Below, piece after piece: positions 50,510-60,955 of a DNA stretch of 64,000 nt. The stretch covers positions 1-64,000 of the IMG/VR virus record IMGVR_UViG_3300027804_000063; one strand, written 5' to 3'. A program made the position numbers and the translations under genes. Each line of letters starts with the position of its first letter. Position 1 is the first letter of the stretch. The notes under the pieces are model-generated. The model was given only the letters and a program-made list of their open reading frames with translations. It was not told where the DNA came from and made no database searches. Source of the DNA: a virus (lineage: Duplodnaviria > Caudoviricetes).

Positions 50510-50863
50510 TTGAAGACTAAAGAAATTGACGATTTTTTTGATACAAAAAAAGCCGCGTGTAGAGGAGAAGACATTACCTTGTTTTTTCCTAATTTGCCTG
50601 CTGGTCAAACTCGTAAAGATGTTCAGTTGGCAAAACAATTGTGTGATCAATGTGAAGTTGTTGAAGGCTGTTTAGAGTATTCACTTCACTTTGAGCCAAT
50701 GGGTTTTTGGGGCGGCAAAACTGAAGTAGAGAGAGAAGTTTTACGAAGAAGTAAAAATATTTCTTTACCAATGGATCGCCGACCCTCGCCCTCTGCTCGC
50801 AGAGCCGCCAACGCAGGACGATTGCGTAAAACCGCGAAACGACTAGACTTAGCGAATGGGTAA
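50510..50863 (+). CDS. whiB: WhiB-family transcription factor
   Basis: C...C-x2-C-x5-C, GFWGG, basic tail. Confidence 0.9.
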   Translation: MKTKEIDDFFDTKKAACRGEDITLFFPNLPAGQTRKDVQLAKQLCDQCEVVEGCLEYSLHFEPMGFWGGKTEVEREVLRRSKNISLPMDRRPSPSARRAANAGRLRKTAKRLDLANG

Positions 50864-52610
50864 TGTTTCAGTCCCACAGCATGTTGACAAATTCCTTTCT
50901 AGATTAAACGGGGTTCGTCCAACTAGTAACGGGTGGGAAGCACGATGCCCATGTCGCAACGACGACGAAAACCCTTCCCTGTCTGTGGGACTCGGCAACG
51001 AAGAAAAGATTTTAGTTACCTGCCACCGCGGTCAGGGTTGCTCGGTTGATGAGGTTTGTAAATCCGTTGGATTGCAATTGTCTGATTTGTATCCACCTAA
51101 AAAAGAAGAACGAAAATTATCTCTCGTCGCAACATATGACTATCGCGACGAGCGTGGGCAACTTCTTTTTCAGAAACAGCGATTCGTGGATCAATGGGGT
51201 AAGAAAACTTTCCGCCAACGACGTCCAGACCCTGTCAATAAGGGTAGATACATTTTTTCTCTTGATGACACACCGAAAGTTTTATATCGCCTTCCCGATG
51301 TTCTTCATGCCAAAGCGAACAACGAAGTTATCTGGCTTGTGGAGGGCGAGAAAGATGCGGACAATTTAGTCAAGTTGGGTATCTGCGCCACAACCCCTCC
51401 GAACGGTGCGGGGAAGTGGCTTGATATTCATACGCGCGCTCTTGAGGGCGCCCATGTTTACATCATTGCGGACAATGACGCCGTTGGTCGTGAACACGCA
51501 CAGATGGTATCTCGGACACTTGAACAGAACGGTTGCACTGTAGTTAGTTGGGTTCCGCCTAATGGTTTTAAAGATGTTTCGGATTTGTTGGCTGCTCGCG
51601 GGTCAATTGATGACCTTGTGGAAATGAAATTTGCTGAACCGCTAGATGACATAGTTGATCATGAGGAAGAGGAACAGCAAACTGACGCAATCATTGAGGC
51701 GACAACGCCACTAAGTGCTCTTGCTGAAAGAATAAGTGACCTGCTTCAGCGAGAAGATATTTCCGAAAATGTGAGGCTTACGAAAGCATCAATGCTTATC
51801 GGCTCATTCGGACATGAAGACGAGATTGACCGAGGCAGGCTAGTTAATTGGTCGGATTTTCTTCTTGAAAACGAAAACGATGAATACGATTGGGTTATCC
51901 CAAATGTTTTGGAGCGTGGAGAGCGTGTAATTGTTGTTGCTGCGGAGGGTGTGGGTAAAACCATGCTTGCAAGACAGATAGCGATTTGCAGTTCTTTTGG
52001 TATTAACCCGTTCAATTTCTCGCGGATGAAGCCGATCAGAACATTAACTATTGACCTTGAAAACCCTGAGCGAATTATTCGCAGGACTTCAGCAAACATT
52101 ATGGGCGCAGCCCGTAATCTCGGCTACCTGCAAGGCGACCCAGAGTGCCATATTTTGATAAAGCCGTCAGGTGTTGACTTGATGCGTGCATCTGATAGGT
52201 CAATTATTGAAGAGGCAGTTGAGACGGTGAAACCAGATTTAATCCTTCTCGGTCCTATTTATAAGTCTTTTGTTGATCCCGGCGGAAGAACTTCAGAATC
52301 AATCACTGTTGAAGTAGCCAAATATTTTGACATGCTACGCGACTACTATAACTGTTCCCTTTGGCTTGAACACCACGCCCCTTTAGGCACATCTTCATCA
52401 ACACGAGATTTACGACCTTTCGGTTCCGCTGTTTGGTCACGCTGGCCGGAATTCGGTCTCTCTCTAACTCCCGACCCAACGGCGGTGGGTGAATATGTTT
52501 ATGATGTGCGCCATTTCCGCGGTGCGCGAGACCTCCGTGCTTTTCCGACTAAAATGAGAAGAGGGAAAGTGTTCCCATTTGAAGTTATTGAATTTATGAA
52601 AGCGTCCTGA
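50856..52610 (+). CDS. primase-helicase (Zn-binding, TOPRIM, RecA-like AAA_25)
   Basis: CPC...CH..C; VEGEKD; ADND; AAEGVGKT. Confidence 0.88.
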   Translation: MGNVSVPQHVDKFLSRLNGVRPTSNGWEARCPCRNDDENPSLSVGLGNEEKILVTCHRGQGCSVDEVCKSVGLQLSDLYPPKKEERKLSLVATYDYRDERGQLLFQKQRFVDQWGKKTFRQRRPDPVNKGRYIFSLDDTPKVLYRLPDVLHAKANNEVIWLVEGEKDADNLVKLGICATTPPNGAGKWLDIHTRALEGAHVYIIADNDAVGREHAQMVSRTLEQNGCTVVSWVPPNGFKDVSDLLAARGSIDDLVEMKFAEPLDDIVDHEEEEQQTDAIIEATTPLSALAERISDLLQREDISENVRLTKASMLIGSFGHEDEIDRGRLVNWSDFLLENENDEYDWVIPNVLERGERVIVVAAEGVGKTMLARQIAICSSFGINPFNFSRMKPIRTLTIDLENPERIIRRTSANIMGAARNLGYLQGDPECHILIKPSGVDLMRASDRSIIEEAVETVKPDLILLGPIYKSFVDPGGRTSESITVEVAKYFDMLRDYYNCSLWLEHHAPLGTSSSTRDLRPFGSAVWSRWPEFGLSLTPDPTAVGEYVYDVRHFRGARDLRAFPTKMRRGKVFPFEVIEFMKAS

Positions 52611-52611
52611 C

Positions 52612-53253
52612 ATGGCAGAAAAAGGGTTGACACGAGAGTTTCTTGCTGAGCGGGATTTGCGTATCTTCAAGATGCGTCAGGCTGGTGTGCCGATTGCGGA
52701 GATCGCACGTCGTTTCGGTATAGGAACTTCTAATGTCTCGCACTCTATTCGTAGACAGTTGGGGAAATTGAATCAAGAGGCTTTGCTTGCCTACCCTGAG
52801 GTGTTGCAAATGGAACTTGAACGATTGGATGCTTTGCAGTCCGCGATCTGGCCGCTAACGCAACATAGAAAACAAAAGATGGATGATGGGACAGAGGTTT
52901 CCATAGAGCCAGATATCAAGGCTGTGTCTACCGTTTTGTCAATTATTGATCGTCGCGCAAAACTTCTTGGCATGGAACAAACAAATGTCAATGTTCAGAT
53001 GGATGTTCGTGATTCTTCCCCAATTCGTGCCGTGTTGGCAGGTGCTCCCGGTGTTGTTCAAACAGAAAAATTTGATTCAGAGGCTGAAGCCAAAAAACTT
53101 TTGATGTTGATGGGTGATGCGGGGATCATGCCGAAAGAAACAATTAGGGAATTGCTTGGAGATCTTCCTGCGTTGAGCGACGGTGAAGATGACATTGAGG
53201 ATGGGGAGATTGTGGAGACGGAAAAATCTCCCACAGAGATAGAACCCATCTAA
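52612..53253 (+). CDS. HTH protein, terminase-small-subunit-like
   Basis: IAEIARRFGI HTH; IIDRRAKLLG. Confidence 0.6.
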   Translation: MAEKGLTREFLAERDLRIFKMRQAGVPIAEIARRFGIGTSNVSHSIRRQLGKLNQEALLAYPEVLQMELERLDALQSAIWPLTQHRKQKMDDGTEVSIEPDIKAVSTVLSIIDRRAKLLGMEQTNVNVQMDVRDSSPIRAVLAGAPGVVQTEKFDSEAEAKKLLMLMGDAGIMPKETIRELLGDLPALSDGEDDIEDGEIVETEKSPTEIEPI

Positions 53254-53488
53254 TTTCGTGAAGTGATGGTTTCGTTCAGATCATCACAAAAAAAGATGGC
53301 ATTATAGGTGCATGATTTTTTCACTTATTATAATTCTAGTTCTTGCCGTTTCCCTCCACCTGTTTGTCATGCGATCCATTGATTCGTTTGAAGGCTATGG
53401 CGGTGGCGGATCATTCCGCGAGTGGGAACAATTTGAGGCTAAATATCGGACATACCTCAACGACAATCATTCGTCACTGATTTAGTAT

Positions 53489-54247
53489 CTACCGAAAATC
53501 AAAATAGTATTTTCCATTCCATTGTTTTATTTTTGGGTTAGCGGCTAATTCAACCATCGTGTTGAAATATGTTTCGTCTTTAGCCTGCTCATTGTGAAGC
53601 GTATTTGTGTAGTGACCGATAATCGCTCGCCTCAAGATTGATGTATCAGTTGGTATTAGCGCACGGTGAAGCAGGTTTCCGTGCCATATCAATACGTCGC
53701 CTTTTTCGCCAAGAAAAGTGAATGGTTCTATATCACTATGATCTTGTATGGCTTGTTTAATGTATTTATTTACCCACCGCCCATCTATGATTTCGCCGCT
53801 ATCCTCCCCAAAGTAGGTGGAATATTTATCTAGTTCCCAGTTATGTGATGTCGGGATAAGTTGAAATGGTCCTGCTTCGGGATGTATTTTTTCTGAAGCA
53901 ACCCAAGCGCCAATGTAATTGTTGTATGCGGTCGGGTTTGAGAAAACCGAGTCTTGATGCCAAGGTTTTTGGCTACTTGTTCCCCATGTGTCAACTCTAT
54001 GTAAAGCAACAGCGAGTTGAATTTCATCAAAAAAGTTGTAGATGCTGTGGTGACACATTACATCCATGATTTCGGGATGGTTGAGATATTCAAACTCGTT
54101 TTTCCAGCCAAAATTGTTGCCATGTTCGTCAAAGTTGGAGGAGTTATCCCTATTCCACGCATCAAGGTATTTATCTAACAGTTCATGTTCTATTGCTTGT
54201 TTTAATACGACATAACCATTTGTTTTAAAAAATTCAAAGTGGTTCAT
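53489..54247 (-). CDS. phytanoyl-CoA dioxygenase-like 2OG-Fe(II) enzyme
   Basis: WHQD, GPFQLIPTSH, KGDVLIWHGNLLH. Confidence 0.88.
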   Translation of the reverse strand: MNHFEFFKTNGYVVLKQAIEHELLDKYLDAWNRDNSSNFDEHGNNFGWKNEFEYLNHPEIMDVMCHHSIYNFFDEIQLAVALHRVDTWGTSSQKPWHQDSVFSNPTAYNNYIGAWVASEKIHPEAGPFQLIPTSHNWELDKYSTYFGEDSGEIIDGRWVNKYIKQAIQDHSDIEPFTFLGEKGDVLIWHGNLLHRALIPTDTSILRRAIIGHYTNTLHNEQAKDETYFNTMVELAANPKIKQWNGKYYFDFR

Positions 54248-54249
54248 CG

Positions 54250-54447
54250 TTATTCTTCTCGTTTTTTGCGATTCTTCTTTCCGACTGGTCCGTGGATGTC
54301 GTGTGTGCGTAATGGGTCGTTTGGCGCTGTGCGTACACGCTTTTTCCCTGCTTTTCTTCCGGGGATCGTTTCCTGTTGTTTGGTGATCGGGTTTATACGG
54401 GTACGCTGATTACCACCAGATTTGCTTTTGTCACCAGATTTTGCCAT
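54250..54447 (-). CDS. small basic protein
   Basis: K/R-rich; TAATG coupling. Confidence 0.55.
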   Translation of the reverse strand: MAKSGDKSKSGGNQRTRINPITKQQETIPGRKAGKKRVRTAPNDPLRTHDIHGPVGKKNRKKREE

Positions 54448-55079
54448 TAAACATCGTCCCTATAGAAAATTTCAAATCCGCAGTGCATAACTGCTGATGC
54501 AAGTGTACCAAAGTACACTTCTCTGTCTATTGAGGTATCCAATGGTTCTGGTGGAAGTTTGAGTGATGCTTTAAGGGCTGCGGGATATTCAATGTCTCTC
54601 ATAACTTTCCCACCGTTGAACCAAAGGGCATCGCCAAAGTCAACTTTTCTTCCAAGTTTAACTTTGTATGGGAGTGCAACGAATATGTGATCATCAACTT
54701 TGAGATGGGTGAAAGATACACATTCGGTAACTGGTGAATTCGCTGATGCAAACAGATGGGCGAGGTTTTCCCCATAGGTTTGGGCTGGCGCCATTGAGCA
54801 GTACCCCTCGGCGGCGAGCGTGTATTCGGTTATGCCCCATCCTCGCCTCATGATTACTGAAGCCTCTATTACTGATTTTATGCGATCGTCTTTGGGGATT
54901 GAAAAGGTATCTTTAAGTTGAACAATTGTAGCCAACTCATTATCTTTCCACCCAAATATATTAATATTTAAATCAGAGCCAATTCCATCTTCTTCTATTA
55001 ATGATGCTTTAGCAGTTTTTATAGATTCGGCGCAGAGGGCTATTTTGTCCAAATCTGTTTCATAAAAACCTGTGTACAT
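54447..55079 (-). CDS. hypothetical protein
   Basis: 210 aa ORF. Confidence 0.65.
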   Translation of the reverse strand: MYTGFYETDLDKIALCAESIKTAKASLIEEDGIGSDLNINIFGWKDNELATIVQLKDTFSIPKDDRIKSVIEASVIMRRGWGITEYTLAAEGYCSMAPAQTYGENLAHLFASANSPVTECVSFTHLKVDDHIFVALPYKVKLGRKVDFGDALWFNGGKVMRDIEYPAALKASLKLPPEPLDTSIDREVYFGTLASAVMHCGFEIFYRDDV

Positions 55080-55161
55080 GTAAGGTAACCCTACCTTATT
55101 TGATGCGGGTCAAAATAAAGGGGTTGCATTTTGGCGTACGTCTTTGTACTAGGGTTTTTTT

Positions 55162-55473
55162 ATGGCAACAAAACAACCTAAAAAATCAAATAAAAAGAAG
55201 GCTCCTGTGACCAATAAAAAGAAGGCTCCTGCCAAGAAGGCTCCAGCAAAGAAGGCTCCAGCGAAGAAGGCATCTGCACCTAAAACCAAGGGGAAGGTTG
55301 CCTCTGTGGATCCATTTTTATTGGAAAAAGCCGTTGAAACTAAGCCTCAATTTGCTACCGCTGAGAAGTTAATGAAGACCATTGCACAGCAACCTACTGT
55401 TGTTCGCGCAAACGATCTGAAATCGTCTTCACTTCGTAAACGAATGCTTGCGTGGTTTAAACTTTCCAAGTAG
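55162..55473 (+). CDS. histone-H1/HlpA-like PAKK-repeat protein
   Basis: KKAPAKKAPAKKAPAKK encoded by 15-bp tandem repeats. Confidence 0.65.
   Translation: MATKQPKKSNKKKAPVTNKKKAPAKKAPAKKAPAKKASAPKTKGKVASVDPFLLEKAVETKPQFATAEKLMKTIAQQPTVVRANDLKSSSLRKRMLAWFKLSK
55219..55270 (+). repeat. 15-bp coding tandem repeat (KKAPA)
   Basis: AAGAAGGCTCCWGC repeated 3 times plus a partial copy. Confidence 0.8.
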
Positions 55474-55506
55474 TCTTTACCCCAATGTGGGGTCTACGAA
55501 AGGATA

Positions 55507-56889
55507 ATGATGAATGAGGCTGATAGTGGGCTGCGCATAGATATTGACAAGAATATTCTTCTCGGTGATGTCCGCGAAACATTGGCTTCACTGCCGGACA
55601 ACAGCGTTCATTGCGTTGTTACCTCCCCACCATATTGGGGTTTGCGGGATTACGGAACCGCAACTTGGATTGGCGGGGATCCGTCATGCTCTCATAAACG
55701 AGATAGTAAATTCAGTGAAAGTTGCTCCACTGGACAAAAACTTTTAGAGGGTGCAATCGGCGACGGTATATATAAAGTTCAATGCCCTCGTTGCGGTGCG
55801 ATGCGTGAGGATAGCCAACTCGGTCTTGAGCCAACTGTTGATGAATATGTTGAACACATGGTTCAAGTATTTCGTGAGGTTAGACGAGTTCTACGAGATG
55901 ATGGGACTCTTTGGTTGAATCTAGGCGACTCATACGCTGGTAGTAACGGCAACGGGTGGAAACAAAGCATTGCTTCAACCAACGCTTCAAATGCTGGCGG
56001 GGAGAATGAAGATTTTCGTGCCAAAATCGGCAGAGATGATGGAGATCTAAAGCCAAAAGATTTAGTCGGTGTGCCGTGGCGTGTTGCTTTTGCTCTGCAA
56101 GCAGATGGGTGGTATTTGCGTCAAGACATTATTTGGGCTAAACCAAACCCAATGCCAGAGTCTGTGCGCGATAGATGCACCAAAGCCCATGAATACATTT
56201 TTCTATTAACGAAGAAATCTCACTATTTCTTTGATAGTGAGGCAATCAAGGAACCAGCAAAATATGCTTACGATGACAGGGGGTCTCGTGCGGATAGCCG
56301 TAAGGAAGCAGGGATATCAAACGCGATGCACGGGTCAACTGGTGCATTCAAGAACAAGAGGTCGGTATGGACGGTAACAACGAAGCCTTTCAAGGGCGCA
56401 CATTTCGCTACATTTCCACAGGACTTGATAGAGCCTTGTATTGCTGCTGGTACGAGCGAGAAGGGGTGTTGTGCGCAATGTGGCTCACCAGTGGTGAGAC
56501 AAGTGTCAAGGAAACGGATCGCACGGAACGAGTTGCCGACGGACGATCCGAGGTATCGCCCAAACGATTACAACGGCGCGTATGGAGAAATCAATGGAAA
56601 AGGCGACGCAGGGTTTTCTCAGACCGAAACAGTGGGTTGGGCTAAAGAGTGTAAATGTGAAACAGAAGAGATTGTTCCGTGTACTGTATTAGATGTGTTT
56701 TTTGGTGCTGGTACTACAGGGGTTGTCGCGCAGAGGCTTGGTCGGGCGTATCTTGGGTGCGAACTAAACCCTGAATATGCGCAAATAGCCACAAATCGTT
56801 TGGTTGATGAGAAAGAAAAAAATCGGCTCCTGATTCTCGCGCGAGAAGCACAACAGTCTTTGTTTGAGGTTTCTTTTGATGGGCGATAA
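55507..56889 (+). CDS. beta-class amino (m4C/m6A) DNA methyltransferase with Cys-rich inserts
   Basis: TSPPYW, HFATFP, VLDVFFGAGT. Confidence 0.92.
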   Translation: MMNEADSGLRIDIDKNILLGDVRETLASLPDNSVHCVVTSPPYWGLRDYGTATWIGGDPSCSHKRDSKFSESCSTGQKLLEGAIGDGIYKVQCPRCGAMREDSQLGLEPTVDEYVEHMVQVFREVRRVLRDDGTLWLNLGDSYAGSNGNGWKQSIASTNASNAGGENEDFRAKIGRDDGDLKPKDLVGVPWRVAFALQADGWYLRQDIIWAKPNPMPESVRDRCTKAHEYIFLLTKKSHYFFDSEAIKEPAKYAYDDRGSRADSRKEAGISNAMHGSTGAFKNKRSVWTVTTKPFKGAHFATFPQDLIEPCIAAGTSEKGCCAQCGSPVVRQVSRKRIARNELPTDDPRYRPNDYNGAYGEINGKGDAGFSQTETVGWAKECKCETEEIVPCTVLDVFFGAGTTGVVAQRLGRAYLGCELNPEYAQIATNRLVDEKEKNRLLILAREAQQSLFEVSFDGR

Positions 56890-56948
56890 ATGATGTATTA
56901 TTTATTCCTGTAGTAAGCAACTAGTTTTAATTGACTTGGAGGTCAATA

Positions 56949-57380
56949 ATGTCAGCATCAGCCCCTCTTCTTCTCCCAATGACAGTTAACGGCGTTGTTG
57001 CAACGACCTCAACTGTTGTCGCTCGCACTCCTGTCGCAGGTCGTGTTCGTGGCATCACCGTTGCTGTTGGTACCGCACCTGCTGGTTCGGTTCTCAGTGG
57101 AACTGTCCGCAAGACTTCATCTTCGGGAACTGTTATCGGAACTTGGTCAATCGCAGCCGCTGGAACTTCAGCAGTAGCAACCATGTCGTCAACTGATGGC
57201 GCCGACGAACTTGCCGCTGACGATCTCATCGTGTTGGTTGTTGGTGCAGTCGGTTCGGGAACCGCTGGTTCAAACCTCACCGCACTTCTTCAAATTGATC
57301 AATCAGCCGACCAAGATGGTTCGGATGTTGTTTCAGTAGCAACACTTCGCGGTTCACACCCAGGTGGCGTTGTAGCCTGA
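56949..57380 (+). CDS. Ala/Gly/Thr/Val-rich putative virion (capsid decoration-like) protein
   Basis: strong GGAGG RBS, biased composition, own terminator; function is inference. Confidence 0.5.
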   Translation: MSASAPLLLPMTVNGVVATTSTVVARTPVAGRVRGITVAVGTAPAGSVLSGTVRKTSSSGTVIGTWSIAAAGTSAVATMSSTDGADELAADDLIVLVVGAVGSGTAGSNLTALLQIDQSADQDGSDVVSVATLRGSHPGGVVA

Positions 57381-57410
57381 TAATTAAGTAAGTAAAAATT
57401 TAAACCCGAC

Positions 57411-57460
57411 AAGTAGTTGGTCCCCCACATCCGTGCAGGTCTGTGGGGGATCAACTATTT
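57411..57460 (+). terminator. long intrinsic terminator hairpin
   Basis: AGTTGGTCCCCCACA/TGTGGGGGATCAACT. Confidence 0.75.
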
Positions 57461-57521
57461 ATGGCGTTAAAACTTGCGCAGATTGCAAGTTTTATGCCTT
57501 TAAAACCCATTAACGCAAGTT

Positions 57522-57914
57522 TTATGGTTTTAAAACCGTTATTGCGACTCTATCGCTTGCCTTCTTCAGAAGAGAAATTGCTTCATCTTTAGTATGAGCA
57601 TTACACCACTCTGCTATTTCTTTATTGATTATTAGTTCTAGATATTCACAAAAAAATCTTGCCCTTCCACACATAAATGGTGGGACACCGCATTCTTCGG
57701 GTTCTGTAAGACCTTCTGCAAGCAGTTTTTCTTTTGCTCCGCAGGCAAGAAGTATCGCACCCCAAATATCTATCTCTTTGGTGTATGGATCGTATGTATT
57801 GTGTTGGGAGAACCCATTTACCAATATGAGTTTAGATGCTTTGTCGTAGATGCGATGAGCGCCTAAATCTTTCAGTGTTGGAAACATTATTGCTGTAATC
57901 CATTTTTGAAACAA
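57522..57914 (-). CDS. hypothetical protein
   Basis: 130 aa ORF. Confidence 0.6.
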   Translation of the reverse strand: MFQKWITAIMFPTLKDLGAHRIYDKASKLILVNGFSQHNTYDPYTKEIDIWGAILLACGAKEKLLAEGLTEPEECGVPPFMCGRARFFCEYLELIINKEIAEWCNAHTKDEAISLLKKASDRVAITVLKP

Positions 57915-58141
57915 AGGTCGGCGTATGCTTCGTTAGGGTTCGCCCCTATGCCTACAGTTTGTTTGTACTCGTCGGTGAACAGATCATATGCTTCACAGTC
58001 ATCACCTTCAAAATAGTTAATCATCGGCTCGGTGAATTCATTGCATTCAGGGAATGCAATCCACTTGCCCCCCTCGTATATGCCCCCATACCGTGCTTCT
58101 CGTATAACAACTGGGTAAAGGTCAATAAGTTTTTTGGTCAT
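57887..58141 (-). CDS. hypothetical protein
   Basis: EARYGGIYEGGKW. Confidence 0.6.
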   Translation of the reverse strand: MTKKLIDLYPVVIREARYGGIYEGGKWIAFPECNEFTEPMINYFEGDDCEAYDLFTDEYKQTVGIGANPNEAYADLCFKNGLQQ

Positions 58142-58150
58142 GCGACTACT

Positions 58151-60106
58151 TTATTTTATTGGGCATGCTCCAGTTGCACAATTGTCAAGGTCAAGGTCAA
58201 TTCCGCTCGCTTGGCTCAATGGAACAGATGTATCAATTTTTTTCACAAGAGCCTCATAGTCGCTTTGCGAGATTTGCTCATACGGAGGAAGCGGGAAGTT
58301 GTGGTCAGCGTGCAAGAGGAAAGACACAGACTTCACTCCCGTATCGTAGTTTTTGGACAACCATTCACGGATGGAGTCAAGTTCTTCTTTACGGTAGTAG
58401 ACGGTAACCGAAACGGCATTATCCGCCCATTCGGTCTGCATCTTCTTAACCCATTCCAATTGTTCAACTGCTGTCATGTTTTCGGCGAGAACAGCGTTGT
58501 CTGGTGATTTACAAGGGAATTCAACGACATAGCGTGTGTGATCCTCTCTGCCATCAATGCCGATGTCCCATATAACCCTATGTCCTCGTGCCCGCAGACC
58601 AGCCACAAGCGCGTCAGATGCGCCGAAACGCACCCGACGGATGTAATACGGAGCGAACGCTGGATGAATGCCCGGTGTGATGCCGGGAAGCAATGAGAGG
58701 GTTCCTGACGGCTGAACAGTAGTGAGACGAACCGAACGAGGGAAACCCTTTTCCTTTGAGTAAGAAACATCAAACTCGTCTAGATTGCGATACACCTCAT
58801 CTAGCCATGAGACCTGCTCTTCTGAAGCCTGTAAAACACCTGAAATGCTTTGACCCAATCGTGCGTTCTTAGCGACGATTGTGTTCGTTTTTGCATATGG
58901 GTAAGAAAGTCGTGTTATTTGCTTCTGAACCATGTAAAGAAGTTGTGATAATTCTTTGAATTGTTCAATACTGCAAATATTGGGAAGAAAGATGGTGGAA
59001 AGATTGCAGGACTCACCATCACCTAAACCGATCTCTGCGCAAGGGTTGAAACCCTCAATTGATTTGTCGGCTCTTTCTTCTTTAAGTCTTCCGAACTTTC
59101 GTGCAAGACGGCGGTTGACAAGCCCGTATGGTTCTCCGCCTCCCGTGTAGCCCTTCCACAGTTCTGGCATGATGTGGTCGTAGTAGTCGGCGTAGATGCT
59201 GTTGTTTGAGTTGGCGCGATACCCCGGTATGTCTCCCGATGCCCAGTTTTTTGCACGCAGGAAAAGGACATCGTCTGGATCGCCAATAGCAATCTGTGCC
59301 GAGCGACGTGATGAGCCTGACACAACGATGCGCCCAATAATGTTGCAGATGTCAAGAACATCAATAGAACGAAGTTTTTTTCCTTCTCGTGCCTCCATTA
59401 CTTTGCAGATATCTGCAATCCCGTCAACGAGCGCACCGGGTCCGCTTGCCGTACCACCGAATGTCTTGAGCGGTGCACCGAATTCGCGGATGAGAATTGT
59501 GGAGTACGAGAAAGACTTTCCTGTATCAAAGTAAGACTTCAAGACGCTATGCAGTAGTCGCCTCCACCCTTGACGCGAGTCAGGGACAATGATGTCCGCG
59601 TCATTTGTTCGTTCATGTGTGATACGCACATTTGGAAGAACTTTTGGTAGATCATGGATTTTTGCTCGCTCTACAGAAAAACCAACACCGCCACCAAGCA
59701 TTAGGTGGTCAAAAAGAAATTCAAAATCTTCTACTTTTTCTATGTTGACGAAGTAACAATTATTTAATGAAGCGGCGTTGAATTGTTTGATAAGTGGTGT
59801 TCCTAGTTGCCAAAGAGCGCGACCAGAAAATGAGCCACGAAGATTAAATACATGATCAAAAAGTTTTTCCGCTTGCTCTGTGGTAAGTGGAGTACCAATA
59901 TCTATTGCTCCATTGACGCATCGTTGAACAGTCTCTACCCATGTTTCGTTACGGTTTAGTTCATCTATGCGACGCGAGTAGGTTCGCAAATAAACAACCT
60001 CACCTAGACCACTAAATCCCCATGGGGGTGTTTGGGTCTTGTATTGGTCTACAAATTCTTGAGATAGGTGAGCAGTCACTGAATCCTCTTTCGGCGCACA
60101 AGGCAA
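58151..60106 (-). CDS. nrdJ: class II adenosylcobalamin-dependent ribonucleotide reductase (monomeric RTPR type)
   Basis: SGRALW, NNC, NPCAE, QPSGT, C-terminal CATGAC; no intein evident. Confidence 0.93.
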   Translation of the reverse strand: MPCAPKEDSVTAHLSQEFVDQYKTQTPPWGFSGLGEVVYLRTYSRRIDELNRNETWVETVQRCVNGAIDIGTPLTTEQAEKLFDHVFNLRGSFSGRALWQLGTPLIKQFNAASLNNCYFVNIEKVEDFEFLFDHLMLGGGVGFSVERAKIHDLPKVLPNVRITHERTNDADIIVPDSRQGWRRLLHSVLKSYFDTGKSFSYSTILIREFGAPLKTFGGTASGPGALVDGIADICKVMEAREGKKLRSIDVLDICNIIGRIVVSGSSRRSAQIAIGDPDDVLFLRAKNWASGDIPGYRANSNNSIYADYYDHIMPELWKGYTGGGEPYGLVNRRLARKFGRLKEERADKSIEGFNPCAEIGLGDGESCNLSTIFLPNICSIEQFKELSQLLYMVQKQITRLSYPYAKTNTIVAKNARLGQSISGVLQASEEQVSWLDEVYRNLDEFDVSYSKEKGFPRSVRLTTVQPSGTLSLLPGITPGIHPAFAPYYIRRVRFGASDALVAGLRARGHRVIWDIGIDGREDHTRYVVEFPCKSPDNAVLAENMTAVEQLEWVKKMQTEWADNAVSVTVYYRKEELDSIREWLSKNYDTGVKSVSFLLHADHNFPLPPYEQISQSDYEALVKKIDTSVPLSQASGIDLDLDNCATGACPIK

Positions 60107-60153
60107 TATGGGTAAAGAACCATATTACAACACCGCGGATTTTAAGTAAAATG

Positions 60154-60453
60154 CTAATTACGTGTAAGGTTATATTTTCTCGCTTCGGATAGCGGTATTA
60201 CTTGTCCGACAGCAAACTTGCGTACTTTGGTGAAAATACCAGCAGATACTTCTTCGTCAACAAAAAAATCTTCTTCAACGCGAAATGTTTGTTTGTCGTC
60301 TAACGATTTGAATATGCCCAAACCAAAGATTTTGTTTGGTGGCTGATGCCCCTCAGGTATGCAGTTTCCTGTTGGATCGCCACAGACTATGCACGGTTCT
60401 GATGATGCGCGCAATATTTCTATGTCACCGAAAATGTATTCAGGCATAAGCAA
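60154..60453 (-). CDS. hypothetical protein
   Basis: CIVCGDPTGNC. Confidence 0.6.
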   Translation of the reverse strand: MLMPEYIFGDIEILRASSEPCIVCGDPTGNCIPEGHQPPNKIFGLGIFKSLDDKQTFRVEEDFFVDEEVSAGIFTKVRKFAVGQVIPLSEARKYNLTRN

Positions 60454-60469
60454 TTGTACATCAAGCCGT

Positions 60470-60517
60470 AAAAGGAAAAGGAGCGCTCAATGGCGCTCCT
60501 TTCCTTCTATGCGGGGG
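60470..60517 (-). terminator. intrinsic terminator
   Basis: AAGGAAAAGGAGCGC/GCGCTCCTTTCCTT. Confidence 0.7.
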
Positions 60518-60540
60518 GCATAGATCTTGTGCCCCAAGTA

Positions 60541-60786
60541 TTAGTTCTTGGGGGCGAACTTATTCTCCAATTTCATTGCCTTCATTTCCTCGGCAAAAAG
60601 TTCGTCAAATTCTTGACTGTATCTCGTCTGCAAGACAAAAGATGCTCGGCGCTTAGCCTCATTGCGACGCTTTGCCTCAATCTTGCGGAGTTCGGCTCGT
60701 CGGGCACGCTCTTCTGCGGGGAGTGGCTTACGCCCACGGGTGACCCCGAGTTTCTTCTTTAGTTGCTGATAAGTGGTTGTAGCCAT
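60541..60786 (-). CDS. basic helical protein
   Basis: RGRKP hook; AGGAG RBS; terminator downstream. Confidence 0.65.
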   Translation of the reverse strand: MATTTYQQLKKKLGVTRGRKPLPAEERARRAELRKIEAKRRNEAKRRASFVLQTRYSQEFDELFAEEMKAMKLENKFAPKN

Positions 60787-60955
60787 TATGGGCTCCTATT
60801 TCTGTCTAGTGGTTTATATCTTCTTGGATCAGAGAGTAACTACTATTTGAGGATAAAACAACCCCTGCTAATAAAAAAACCTAAACTTTATTTCTTTCTA
60901 TTTAAAGGGTTTGGGCGGGTTGCCAAACCTCCCCCTAGGGGACTACACTTACGGT

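Noticed and set aside
58151-60106. Intein or intron in nrdJ or the primase-helicase
   Set aside because: Lengths fit uninterrupted proteins and no splicing or LAGLIDADG motifs were seen.
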